This document shows positions 13,601 through 27,839 of a DNA stretch of 64,000 bases, in pieces (the stretch's first letter is position 1; the number at the start of each line of letters is the position of its first letter). The notes below the pieces were generated by a model that saw nothing but the letters and a program-made list of their open reading frames with translations, was not told the origin of the DNA and made no database searches. Where the stretch lies: the NCBI RefSeq assembly GCF_000315625.1, contig NW_005434672.1:539503-603502 (forward strand), read 5' to 3'. The translations under genes and the position numbers were made by a program. Source of the DNA: Guillardia theta CCMP2712. Taxonomy: Eukaryota; Protista; Cryptophyta.

Positions 13601-13704
13601 GATGGTTCAAAGCTTGTGGAGTCGATGCGGCAGCAATCGTCGCCAACCGCCCTCCCCTTCTCACTCCTTCTCCTTCCCTTCCTCTCTCTATAACACTGTT
13701 GCAG

Positions 13705-13798
13705 CACATACCCATCATCACCACGTTCTTCCCTCTCCATCCTCTTGTTCCCACATACCCATCATCACCACGTTCTTCCCTCTCCATCCTCTTGTTCC
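13705..13798. repeat. Tandem duplication of a 46-bp unit
   Basis: cacatacccatcatcaccacgttcttccctctccatcctcttgttcc occurs twice in tandem. Confidence 0.85.
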
Positions 13799-15995
13799 CC
13801 TCTCCTCTCCTCTCCTCTCCTCTCCTCCCTCCCTATCCTCTCCTCTCTCAGTCTTCCTCTCCTCATTGCCGCTCCTTCCTCGCGCCACCCGGCGCACAGC
13901 CCGTTGCCACCCCTTGCCGCCGCCCCATTTATCACACCTAGCTTGTCGTCTGGGTGCTGTCGTACAGCTTTAATAATGGCGGCTCAGTTGCCTGAGTAAA
14001 CTGGGCAGTCCGGGCCCTCCCGAGTCCGGCGGGCCCACCGGGAAACGGAAGTGACTCCCGGACTAGAACCCGGTCGCCGGCCCTGACGCCAGAAATATCC
14101 GAAGATTTGAGCTTGCGGCGATGGCGGCCGCCGATCACAGGGAGGGGTCGGAGTGAAGGGTAGGGGTCCGAATGGTATGTGAGTTATTTTGATGGGGTCA
14201 TAGTCGGAATAAGGGGTGCTGTCGGGAGATTGCATGAGTCAGGGGCATATGTATGGATATAGGGCAGATGGAGATAGAGAGAAATTTATAGAGTCGGAGA
14301 GCTATGGATGCAGGGGGAGACAACTCGCTTTGATGCTGGTAGGGAGATGCCATAGAGGGGAACATAGGGGGTGGAGGTCAATTGAGGGGTGGAGTTGAGA
14401 TCATCAGGGTGGGTGGTTGAAGGGGGAAGGGGTCGCGATCCATTGGAGGATTCAGCAGGTGACTGGAATAAGGGTGAGATGGGGGTGGGGTAGTAAAATG
14501 GACGGGTGATTAAACGGGAGATACCATGAAGGGATTGGGGGGGTGGTGCGACTGGAAGGATATGAAGGGAGGGAGGGAGGGGTGTAAGAAAAGTTTTATC
14601 GGTCTAGTTTGTAGGGGTGGAGTTCCAAGTAGTCGAATCAGGGGTAGGGGGTAGTGTGTGTAGACCAGCAGATATACGGGATGTCAAGTGACCAGCGGTA
14701 CTCCCGTATCTAGAGATCAATGGGGGTGGTTCAGGTCCTGTAGGGGTGGTCATGAGGAAAGCAGTCGCTTTAGAACAAGGGTAGTCGAGATAAGACCCTC
14801 CGGAGTACCCCAGTTTTTACGCAATAAGATGCAGAGGGTGGGTAGAGTTTTTTTTGACAAGGGGTGGCAGATGAGTTAAAAGCTCACGGATGACTGGTGG
14901 GGTCTGTCTACCCACCCCTACCATCCAAATCGTTTTCAGGACTTAATCAGAGTGACTTTTTGTGTGGAGGGTACGGGTGATGGTGACGCTAGAGGGGTGG
15001 GGTGGATGGAGTATCATTACCCTCCGGCACAGAACAGCAGCGGGATGGGAACAAGGGTGGGTGGAGTGGTCCGTTCCGAGAACCAATCAGAGTTATATAT
15101 GAATAGTACTTGACCCCTTAATACGCAATATATGGTGTTAAAACAAGGTTAAATTGCCTTACCGAGATATGTAATAGCAAATTATTGATCAATTAGATCA
15201 TATATGGGCTGTATAAAATTGGGAATATCGGTTAAAAAAAAAAAACCTTGTGGCTTGCAGGTAGGACATCCAATGGCGCGATTTGGAACAGAACATGAGC
15301 GAAGAAAAGGGAGGGGGGAAGGGGGGGGAGGCGCGGATGGGAAGAAGCTTCAACCTCCCAGGATCTGCAGGACAAGAGAGAGGAGGAGAAATGATGGTGC
15401 GAGTCAGAGAGATGAAGGCAGCAGGGCGGAGGGGTCGGATGGGCACAGGACAGTTGCTGTTGTAAAGATCCATCCAAGTGCATTGGATATGGTCGGGGCG
15501 CGGCATGGAAGCGCGGCGATGGGGATGGATGGTTACATGACATCATGATAGAAGCATTCCTGTACAAGAGAGATCCTCGGGCAGACGATGGCGTGTAGAC
15601 AAACGCAGGACGTATGAAGATAGCAGTTGGTTCCATGTGCTAATCCCGAGGTTGTGCAACAAAAGTCACACCCGATTTCGCGCATGAGATCAGCAGAAGT
15701 AGAACGATAGATAGACAAGACATTCCAGCCTTTTACCTTTGGTGTGCGTGTGAGAATAGAGTAGGTTATGCTCGGAGTTAGATTTCCTCTGCGAGCATCA
15801 TAGTCACAAAAAGTCAACATGATGGAAGGATGGCCTACCTCTGTCTTGAGAAGTTGATCGTTTCTCTCAGATTGCTCCCAAAATATTTTCGCTCCTGATC
15901 CGACCTCAAGGCATCAGAAGCTTTCCATCACTCATCGTTTTGAAGTCCAAACACAGTTTTCGGTCTGCTGAAAAGCAGACTTTTTTCAGCAAAAG

Positions 15996-18330
15996 ATGCG
16001 TCGGAGCTCGTGAGTGCTGACACTGTCTTAGACAAGTTCCTCTTTCTCATCGTGACTTTTCAGTCTGACTCCGGTCACCACGGCAAGGAAATCGTCGATC
16101 CAAATCGGCCAGGTGAGGAAGTTGTCGCGGGTGAGTCAGGCTGACCCTGATATCAGCTATGTGGAAGCAAGAAGTACAAAGTTACGAAGAAGCTCGGTAT
16201 GCTTATCTCGCACTGCATCGAGAGGCTGAGACATGGTCGTCAGGCTCGGGGTCCTTCGGCGAGATTTACTTGGGGCTGCATGTTACAACCGCGGAGGAGG
16301 TTTGCTGATGGGCGTGATGGAGATTAGTGGAAATGATGTATACCTTGACAGGCAGCGATCAAATTGGAAGGAATTCGAACAGAGCATCAGCAGCTCTTGT
16401 ATGAGGCGAAGGTGTCGATAAAATTCCCTCGAGCTCTTCCCGAGTGATGGCATGTTCGAACAGGTGATAAGATACCTTCGAGGTGGGGTGGGGATTCCGG
16501 AGCTGCTGTGGTGCGGGACAGAAGCAGATTTTAACGTGATGATCATCGAGCTGCTGGGGCCATCACTGGAGGATCTTGTAAGTGTCTTTGCGTCACAACG
16601 ATATTTTTCTTTCTGGATCCTGAAGCTGCTTGATCAGTTCAACTACTGTCACAGGAAGTTCTCTTTGAAGACCGTCTTGATGATTGGCGAGCAAGTAGAC
16701 ATGCGGCTCGTCTTTCGGTCCTGTCTGAGGTTGTGTTTCAGATGCTATCGAGATTGGAGTACATTCATAGCAAAGGCTTCATTCACAGGTCCCCACTTGT
16801 CCGCCAAGACACTCTTGGTTCATTGATATTTGGGTGTAGAGATGTGAAGCCGGACAATTTTCTAATGGGGGCAAACCAGAAATCTCACCAGGCAAGACCA
16901 TTTTCCTTACACGTCTCTGTTTGACATTGATTCAGGTTTACATCATCGACTTTGGGCTCAGCAAGCGATTCATAGATCCCCGAACCAGCATGGTGAAGCG
17001 AGCGAGTGAAGAAATGAGCTTTTAACCATGGACGTCAGCATATACCCTACAGAAACGGGAAAAGCCTGACGGGGACTGCAAGATACGCAAGCATTAATAC
17101 GCATCTAGGAATCGAGCAGGTGATTCTGCGAGATACGCGAACGGGGGAGGGAGGGAGGGAGGGAGGGAGGGAGGGAGGGAGGGAGGGGAGGGGATGTGAA
17201 GCAAGATGAAGTAAAACTGATGCGAGAGAACGATTTTAGGGAAGGAGGGACGACTTGGAGGGCCTTGCATACGTTCTTCTTTACTTCCTGAGAGGCCAGT
17301 TGCCATGGCAAGGGATGCAGGTGATGGTAAGGAAATGAGCAGCCTGGGAAACTGAAATGCTTTGCGGTGATCAGGCATTCAATCAAAAAGACAAGTATCA
17401 CAAGGTTGACTGATTTTGGATCAGATTGGAAAGTGCTGATGATTTACTTTGGCAGATCTGTGTAAAGAAGCAGAACATCTCTGTGCGGGAGCTTTGCAAA
17501 GGAGTGCCGGAGGGTAAGACGACTCCTTGCCGTCTTGCTGTTACTGAGGGTCTCCGCCATGGCAGAGATTGGAACCTTCCTGTGTTACTGCAGAAACCTC
17601 AAGTTCGACGAGTCGCCCAACTATAGCTACTGCAGAAAGGTTTTGCTCTTGGTTTGCTCTTGGCCCCAACTCAAGTCCTTGCTTCAGTTACTGCGAGCTG
17701 TGTTCGAGAAGAACGAGTTCACTCTGGATTACATCTATGATTGGACTAAGAAGCAGTCAGGATCCACAAATCCACTTCCTAAGAATCAAGAAGCCCTCCC
17801 GGAGGTAAAGTCATCCGATCCCATTCTCCTGCCCTTGTCGTGCGATATCCCCCCCTAGCTCATCCTCTTCCTCAGCTCATCCTCTCCTCTTCCTCAGCGA
17901 ATCCTCCTTCTACAACTACTGCAAAAGCTCCTGCTGACCGTTTTTTTTTCAGGATAGTTCGCGTCAACCACAGCCATCGGGTGGAGACAAGACAGAGGGG
18001 GAGAAGCGCGAGAAGCTGGAGAAGTGAGTCGAGCTGCTAGAACTGCCATCCTGCTCTCAACCTCCTCCCCTGAACTCTCTCCTTCCCGTTACCCCTTACC
18101 CTCCTAATTGCAGAGACGTCAAAGAGCCCCCTCGTGCTCCTCGACAAGACGTGGAGCCCCCTCTAGTGAAGGACATGAAGGACGTCAAAGTCATGAGCAA
18201 GAAGCTGCCTACCACTCCACTGCCCTCTCAGCTATCCTCTAAGGTCAAACTGTCTCCTCCACCATACTGTGTCGTGGGGCTGATTGGACGCTTGCAGGTG
18301 GACAAGGATGGGCAATGTCAGCAACAATAG
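15996..18330 (+). CDS. CK1: Casein kinase 1 family Ser/Thr kinase, multi-exon
   Basis: Spliced: [81 protein letters not shown]. Ends DGQCQQQ*. Confidence 0.96.
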
Positions 18331-18681
18331 GGGGTAGGCAAGGCAGCATCGCAGCTTGAGTCACTGTGCCAGTTTCTGGGTCAGGTCGGATATTGACAGA
18401 TAGATTGGTCCGGATGTAAGGATAGAAGAGAAAGCAGGAGGAAGAGAGGGAGAGGGAAAGGAGATTCTAGGCTGGTCAAGGAGGGAGACACATGAGGGTT
18501 TGCCCTCTTGTCTGTAGAATTTCCAGATGTTGTATGATGAACGAGATACTTTGACAAGTCAATTGTGATCGTCGTTTTCCTTCCCTTCGCTTCCTCCTCC
18601 AGCTCTGCCCCACACCAGCAAAGCGCGTCCTCAATACCCCGTAGGTCCTGGAGAGCGGAATAATATTCACCTCCTTGCACG

Positions 18682-19921
<1,240 letters not shown>

Positions 19922-21855
19922 TCAGTTCCTCGTGGGCCACTATCTTTGCAGGAATCGCTGCTCACTCAAACTCCGTGAATGCATTTTTTTTCTTTAAGAC
20001 ATTTCATGTTCAACAACCAATAATCATATCACTGAAAATCAAAGCTCTTCTCCACAACACTCATCAACAGGGGAGTTTGTCCCTAGGGGAATTGCTGCAC
20101 CAGATTCATCATGGCGATTCCAGACCCTTCTCACAAGAAATTTGATTCTTCTAAACAATTTGTGATGCTCACACCAACGATCTATCATAGCACAGCACGA
20201 GTATCATTCCATCTGGGCGTTACATATTGCACGTCACGCAAGATTGGGGCCATGTTGACAGGGGCCTCAATGGGGATACAAAGCTAGAATCTCATTGCAC
20301 CTAGTGCCCTGACATCTTTGTATATCTATCTTTCAACACTCCAATTCAATTCGATCCTCTTTGCGATTTTAACAACATCTCGCACCAATGCAGTAAAACC
20401 TCGGTTTTCGAATCACTCGGACGAGCAGCAGAATCTTTAAGGACATTGAAAACGTCTAGGTTCAGCCTGCACTGAGCTATACGTATCTTGCCCTGCCGTG
20501 CCTCCAACGCTAGATGCCTGTCAGTTGAAGCCCCTCCACTCTCTACCGTTCCGAGTCCCTCAACGTCTGCTTGCCCCGCAGTGATTTGCTTTGGTTCCGT
20601 TCTTCCAAACTTTGTTCCTCTGCTGCCAACATCACCTTCCGATCCTCTTCTGCCTCGTTCAGACTTTCGTCTTGAAACATGTTTCATCTCCTCACTTTCT
20701 CTCCACCTTCCCCTCTCTCCTCCCTTCCTTTCCTAGCATTGTGCCCCTCTCGCTTCATACACCCGCACAGCCCAAGCATTCCACCTGTACTACCCCCCAC
20801 CCCTACGCCATACACAAACTGCAGGTACCCACCCTAGCTTGTTCTGTAGTGCAGTCTCCCACCCCCCCGTACCAACTACCCCACTCAATTCCTTCTGATA
20901 CCCCTTGTCCTGAACAGAATTCTTCCACCCCTGTTGCCATGTCCGCAACCTACCCACCCTTGTGGTGCAACTCCACTTAGACTACCCTACCCTTCAAATA
21001 CGGTATTGTAGACAACACCACCCCTCATCCATGACCCACCCTCATCGATAGGCATGTGACAGTTTTGAAATATTGGTTCATGAATTCAAATTTACTTGAA
21101 TTAGATAATTGTTTTACTTCATTCGAAGGTATATTTCGGGATAAAACACGAAATTTGACCACCGGTGGAATTGACAGGGTGTTGAATTGAGTTGAGTCAA
21201 CCAGTGATTTCCCCTTCCACCCAGGGTAGGGTAGTCAAGAGTCCATCAAGAGAGGGGTAGGGTCCTTCCCGAGGTGAAGTGGGTATTGGACCCGGAGGGT
21301 ACAGGCGTAGTGGAGAACAATTCACTCAAGACTTTACAAGGCTCACTAACACTGCTACACCGCCTCAGAAATGATTTAGGAAATATTTGAGGACAGCATA
21401 TAATGATCGATTCAGATGCCCAGTGCGTCTACTCTTTCGTGAGGGCAGTACCAATCACTGCAACGGTATGTAACGGTCAGGGAGCTATACGACCCTGACC
21501 GGCCCGACCGTGCGGAGTGCCAGGTCGGTCGGTCGGGCAGTTTTGTCCTCATCCGCCCTACGGCCATGGCACTGCCGCACCCAGACTCGGATGTGACTGA
21601 CTCTGAGTGAGGAGAGAGCAGCTCTGACGACACTGTGAGCTAGCAAGTTGCCAGCAGCACGTCATTGTGACTCTCAGTGAAAGACAGGCTGCTCTCGGCC
21701 CCAGTGAGAATGTGACTGGGACTGGCAGGATACTATGATACCCAGTGACAAGTTAGCGAGAGGACGCTGAGAGAAAACTATTAGTGTTGAACAACTCAGT
21801 ACTGATGAGACAACGATTGGATTGACTGTGCAATTCTTGCAGATTTTGGGTTGGA

Positions 21856-22565
21856 ATGGAGCCTAACGCAAAAGGCAGCAACTTTTTCCTCGATTGTTGC
21901 AATGGCGCGGTATGACTTGGTGACGAATTCACTGAGAGAGGATTGACAGCATGCGTCACAGATCTTCCAAGAGGATTGCTGCAACACCAAGAGGAACAGG
22001 GACAACCATCCGCACCTGAAGCCCAACAGCACTTCGCCGGGCTCAAGGTCCCTCCTGCGAGCAGCGAGGGCTGTCCTGACTGACTGATGCTCCCACGTCA
22101 CAGCCTGCGGAATCAGATGAGCGGAGTTGGGATAGTCTGGCGCGTTGCCCATTCAAAGGGCATCCCGAATGACATCTTGGTGGATGATGCAGATGCTGTG
22201 GAGCTGGGTTAGTTCTCACTACTCTGAATCAGGTTGTGGACGCCTTCGATCCTCAAAGCAGCGCTGCGGAGGCTGACCTCCGCCCAGGAGACATCCTCTT
22301 TCAAGTGGATGGAGAGGAGGTAGGGACCTCGCCTGATCCGACTGCATCACTGAAGCATTCCTTCCAGGTGATCGGCATGCCCGTCACGAGCATCGCAGAA
22401 AAACTCTTCGGACCTGTCGGCACCCAGGCAACATTAGATGTCAAGCTTGCTCTCAGTGGTCTTCTGACATCTCCGCAGGTCATGATCACGATTCTTCGAG
22501 GAGGACTTAACGGAGAAGTTGTTCTTGTACAGCTTGAGCGCAGATCTTCCGCCAATGCAGCATGA
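21856..22565 (+). CDS. Small single-PDZ-domain protein
   Basis: Spliced: SGVGIVW...SAAEADLRPGDILFQVDGEEVIGM...LFGPVGTQVMITILRG. N-terminus has two Cys-Cys pairs. Confidence 0.85.
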
Positions 22566-22696
22566 TATTTCACTGCTTGTGTAAACAAAGCAGCCCAGTG
22601 AAAACTACTACGTGAACTACCACGCTCACTGCACGCAGACGTTCGCACTCGACGTTTTTCACATCTGCAGCAGCAATGCACGTGTGTTTTACTGAG

Positions 22697-23698
22697 TTAT
22701 TCGATCAAAAGACCCTCATCTTTGTATCTCTTTTCTATTCCGTCCATGTGCGCCATCCCAACCACAGCGACCACCCGTTGAAAATTACACCTCGCTAGAG
22801 TCTGCGCCATGATTTCATCCCGCTCATCCACAAGGGCAGAGATCATCCCCGAGGAGCAGGAGTCTCGGAGTCGCTGCAGCATGCGACGAGCATCGTCCCG
22901 TGTGATTTCCTTCTCGCTCTTCTGCTTCGCGAAAGGGGTTGAGAAGATGCTTTGCGAGGAGGGTGACATGGGAGTGGAGAGCAGCTTCAGGACGTCGGAC
23001 AGGTTGAACTCCTCCTTCAACCTCCTCAGCGTCGTTTGCTGATCTCTGTCTCCGAGTATGACCTTGGCACCGACCTGCTCCGCTGCCCTCATGGCGACGA
23101 GCATCTCGTTCCCCCTGGTGTACGCGTCGATGAACTCAAGAATCTTGTCCCCAACCATAGCGCTGGCCTGCTGCCTTGATATCCCGGCCATTCTCAGGAT
23201 TGTATCAAGGGTCGATGTTTGTTGTCCTTGGTCTATCGATACTATGGCCCGCTTTCTGGCTTCGCAGAGCTCCACCATGACGGCCTGGGGGCGCACCGCA
23301 AGGATAACCTCGTTTACTATCTCCGCGCTCTTCTTCGAGATGTGTACGCTACCCACCAAGTACACCTCCTGCTGCAGCCGAGGATGCCTTAGATACGCAA
23401 CATGGCCATTCCAGAAGTCCGATCCTCCAAAGTTCATCCACCTCCTGGTCCCGTAGGCAACACCGCGCTCTGATGCGTGGAAGGGTGCCTCCGACGGATA
23501 TCCGGGGCCGACAAACTTTGACCTCGATGTACCCATCCTCATGCTCCTCGCGCTCGATACGTCTTGAGTCGAGTATGTACACATAGCAAGCCTCCTCCCA
23601 GCATCGATCAACGTCCTGCCTCTTCTGCCCTCCCTCCCTGCCCATCGCCATGAAAGAACGACCGGCATGTTCCACAGCTTCCACCCCATGATCATGAC
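22697..23698 (-). CDS. TraB/PrgY/GumN-family (TRABD-like) protein, intronless
   Basis: VYLVGSVHISKKS, PQAVMVELCEAR, EMLVAMRAAEQVGAKVILGDRD, ALVDERDEIMA, VVAVVGMAHMDGI. Start codon uncertain. Confidence 0.9.
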   Translation of the reverse strand, partial: VMIMGWKLWNMPVVLSWRWAGREGRRGRTLIDAGRRLAMCTYSTQDVSSARSMRMGTSRSKFVGPGYPSEAPFHASERGVAYGTRRWMNFGGSDFWNGHVAYLRHPRLQQEVYLVGSVHISKKSAEIVNEVILAVRPQAVMVELCEARKRAIVSIDQGQQTSTLDTILRMAGISRQQASAMVGDKILEFIDAYTRGNEMLVAMRAAEQVGAKVILGDRDQQTTLRRLKEEFNLSDVLKLLSTPMSPSSQSIFSTPFAKQKSEKEITRDDARRMLQRLRDSCSSGMISALVDERDEIMAQTLARCNFQRVVAVVGMAHMDGIEKRYKDEGLLIE

Positions 23699-23844
23699 CA
23701 CCCCCGTATTGCCCTTGAAAGACTACCCCACCAGGAATCAGACGTTTTGAGAGGGAAGAGTTTCGATACTCTGAAAGTTTCTCTGAGAATTTCAAATTAA
23801 ATCTGAAAAGTGCAAAAACATCGCGCCCCGACTCTACTACTGGA

Positions 23845-25036
23845 ATGGCTCGGAAGGGGCTTGCGACGATGCTGCTGGGGATGGCGACATGGATGGCTGC
23901 TTCATCCAGCTCGTATCATGGCAGACATGGAATGTCGTCGTTTATCCCCTCCTCGCCCCTCCCTCACGATGCCTGGACTGACTTCCTGCCTCCTGGCTCC
24001 ACCCTCATCCCTTGCGTCCCATTCTTTCGCGGGTTGTCGGAGGGTCGGAGTGGCCGGCATCGCGATGAAAGGAAAGCTCACAGACTGGCTGCTGCTCTTC
24101 GTCTCAACTCTTTCTCAAGAGTTCACAACAGCTCTCCCCTCGTCAAACGCTCTGAGGCTGTCCGCTCCTCCACGAGGACTGGCCCGACCCACTCGATGTA
24201 CCTGAAGAGGAACGACCGAGATGCTCTCGGCGAGGAGGTTCAATCTATCAATGTCATCGAGAGCGATATCAGTGCTGATCTCACTGCAACGGAACCCGAT
24301 GTGTCGTCCTCGCAGAAAAACTCAGGAAAGGTTCTCTTCAACGACGTCATAGTTGCCTACATGTTCATGATGACTCAGGTAACGCACCTCGCCCGTCGTT
24401 GGGGGAAACCTTCCTTTGCCTCGCATCCTCCTCTGCTCGCTCGCTCCCATTTTTCCCTACCTCCCCGTCCTCGATTTTTACTTGTCTTTCGAACGTGCCC
24501 TCTGCCTTGTTCAAGAAGACTGATTCACGACCCTCGTAGAAATTCAAGCAACCAACTCCCTTGCAGCGAGTGTACATAGACGCGGTTCGACTGCTCATGC
24601 TAAACAAGACAAGCCACGTCACCCTCTCCAGCCATATTCTACCAGCCATCGACCATGAGCTGCTGGTGTCGTCGAATGTTACAGACCTGTCCATGAGCTT
24701 TCCCCTCCTCCAGCGTCAGCCAGCAACGGCAGCCTTCGGTGAGTCAACCTGCAGTCTTGAAGGCTCATCTCAGCTTGTGCGCAGCTGTCGCAGTGCCTGC
24801 AGCCCTTGCGGTCGGCGGGCTCATGGACCTGGGTCTTGCCGACGCCATCATGACCATCGGCATGTCCGGCGCTGCCATCGTGAGGCATCGACTTGCTGCA
24901 TGCTCGTGAGGATGACGCTTGTCTCTAGGGAGTCGGGATGGAGCTGTTCACCAAGTCTGCTGGGGTCTTCCTAGGCACGTCGGATCCTCAGCCAGCACAA
25001 GCTGGGATAGAGCCGGTGAACAGCACCAAATCGTGA
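23845..25036 (+). CDS. Hypothetical protein with signal-peptide-like N-terminus and hydrophobic C-terminal segments
   Basis: MARKGLATMLLGMATWMAASSS leader. GT-AG exons join to ...IMTIGMSGAAIGVGMELF...NSTKS*. Confidence 0.55.
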
Positions 25037-25112
25037 AAGCGTGACGGGGGCAAACACACGTTTTCGCTGAGAAGGAGCAGCAGCATTGCAGTTCATTCGA
25101 GAAAGAGGAGCA

Positions 25113-27047
25113 TTACTGAGACGGGTTGGAAGCCTTCACCGGGGGAGGAGGAGGAGGAGGAGGGATCTCGCTCTTGGATGCTTCGGCGGTGAAAACCTGC
25201 GGGGGTTGGGTGAGCAAGAATCCAGCTCGTGGAGCTCGACCTTCTCATCCCGGATCACGAAATCTTGTCCAACAAGCCCCCCCAGCCTCAGGTTCTGTGC
25301 CGCAGGATAAGGAGCGCTGCACGACCCCAGCTCGTTCTCACCTGGTCATCCTTTGAGGTCTTCCCCCCGGCTGCACCCCAGGAGGCTGCAAGGGCGTCTG
25401 CGTCAGCCGCGAGGACGTTGAGGCGGAACTGCCGGAGGTCCTCTGCGAGCAAAGGTTCAGCACGGGCGGCGTGAGCCGGGCTGACTCACTGGGAGGCTGC
25501 AAGTCCTTGGGGAACTTCTCGATGTGCAGGACGACATTCTCGTCTGCGTGTGTGTTGATTGTGTGATGCATGTATGAATTGAGGTCACCTTGAAACCGGA
25601 GGGACTTGGCGCCATCGCCGATGAAGGGGAATGGGAAGGAGGAAACCTGGGTTTCCGGAGAGGGAGGGAGGGAGGTGGAGGCACAGCAAGGGGAGCCGGG
25701 AGCGGCGTTCGGGAAGGGGAGAGGAGGAAGGAGATCATTGGCAGGAGGAGGGGCAGGAAGCAGAGTGAAGAGAAGAGGAGGTAGAGAAGATCGAGCCAGG
25801 AAAGAGAACAAAAGTGAGAAGAAGAAGGAAAAATCAGCAAGGGAACGTAGAGTAAGAAAGGCAAGAGCACTAACCGGTTTCATCCCAAGGGACTTTGACA
25901 AGGCTTCTGCCGACTTCTGGACGTCCTCAGCCATGAACGATACGGACTTGATCTGTCAGCTTGCTCACCGACAGCCATGGGGGCAGGGGTAAGAGCTGAG
26001 GATCACCGGGTATGGGATGTTGCTCTTGTCCTTGTTCATGAAGATACGAACGGTGTACCCGGAGGGCGAGAGAAGGTCGGTGAAGGAGGCAGTGCCTGCG
26101 GTCCCGCAAGTCACAACAGCCCGCCACAGAACGATCATGATCGAAGTTCCGACCAAACCATCTTGGGATTAGAGTCCCACCAGCCTGAGCCCACAAAGTC
26201 AGTACACCCCAGAAAACCACAAGGGGAATGAAGGAAAGACGCACCTCCTGTGCGCGCGAGATGAGGTAGGGGATGTTGGGCAGCTCGATCTCGACTCGTT
26301 GGGTTTCTTGCATTTTCCCTCACGAGGCTGAAAGCGCATGCAAGGAGCTAACCTGCTGTCTTCCTCTCCTCCCCAGCCTGAACCAGCTCAAAGGTGAAAT
26401 GCCCTCCTCCCTCCACCATCCGGTCGCTGCCGTATCCTGATGAGAAGTACTCAGAATAAAAGAGCTGATGAAAGAGCAGGAGCAGCAGGAGAAGTGCACA
26501 GGTGGGTAGATGCCGGAGGTTGTGGTTCTTACCCACGACCACCGACTTGGCATTCTTCCTGATCTCCCTCATCCCGAGGCCTTTGATCCAGAACTCTGCC
26601 TCCTCCTCGAGGTCGTCCACCTCCATCGTCACTCCCTTCATCCCGTCGTCAAGGGCAGCAGGGGCAAGGCTCCCACCTCGACCTGCAGGAACGCCGTGAA
26701 GTCCTCGGGCCCCTTCGCCTGCTCCACCCGTGCGCCGGCTGGAACCGTGAATGCTCCGACGCCAACAGCCTTGGTGACAAGCAGCCCAGCCATCAGCTGG
26801 CTGGCTTTGTGCATGACCTGCGGGAGGCTTGAATGTGCTCGTGCATGCGATGCTGGACAGATATCACCTCTCTCCGCCCAAGGTTCATCTGCAGGCTCGG
26901 CGACCCTCTTCTCAGTCGCAAGCCACTGGGCAGGTTTTTTGCAGTCCGGCCATCCAAGAAGCGAGGGAGCTGAGATGATGTAGAGAAGGAAGAGGCCAGC
27001 TCGAGTGAGCAGGCAGCGAGCAAGACCGCTAGCTTCGTATTCCCCAT
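25113..27047 (-). CDS. Plastid (probably thylakoid-lumen) targeted VOC/glyoxalase-fold protein
   Basis: Leader MGNTKLAVLLAACSLELASS-F, then NLGRREVM...PAGA. VOC-like repeats QGVTMEVDDLEEEAEFWIKGLGMREIR...GYG...HFTFELVQ and MAEDVQKSAEALSKSLGMK. Confidence 0.75.
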
Positions 27048-27839
27048 GTTTCTATAGGAGAAAGTTCATCAGCAACTGACAGATGCTCATGGCTTTGTAC
27101 CATGTATCCACCAAAGCGATCGATCTACGTTACATCAATCCTTTTGCTCCTCTCACTCTCACCGTCTGCTGCCTCACGTCCGTTCTATTCTATAATCCCT
27201 GACAACGTCTTAATGGCGGGGCCCTTGCAAGCTTTGACGATCAAGTCTTCACGGCATCATCACCATCATGACAACCTCTCATCTCTTCATCTTGCTCTCT
27301 CGTCTCCTGTCAATCCTCGCTCCCTCCTCTCCCGCTCCCTCTCAGCCCTCAAGAGACTCAGCAGATCCGCACGCCCGCAAACACGACATGGCGGCCCTCT
27401 TATAACCCCTGTACCCCTCCCCACTACCCCAACAATAAATTAACCCCACCCTATTTCAAATCATGTAATTGTTCATAAATATAACCGGTACTTTGTATCA
27501 CCCACCCTGTTGGATTCGTTCTCGTTCAAGATGGAGCATGTTCATCCAACATCTGCGGTACACAACCCTGCCACCGCCGCCTCCATGGCACGCGCAAGCG
27601 GGGAGGGAGGAGGGAAGATCTAAGGAGAGAGGAGGAGAGGGAGAGACGGAGGAGCAAGAAGATACACAATACTGAAGGAGAGAGAGCTGGAGGAGAGAGA
27701 GGAAGAGTCTGAGACTCGTGCGAAACAAGAGTACGACTGCAACCTTGTGATATCTCAGGAGTGCTGGCTGTGGAGAAGGGAGACCGGCAACAGGCAGAAG
27801 CTGTGACGGCCTGGTGTGGACTTTGATCTCCAGCAGACA

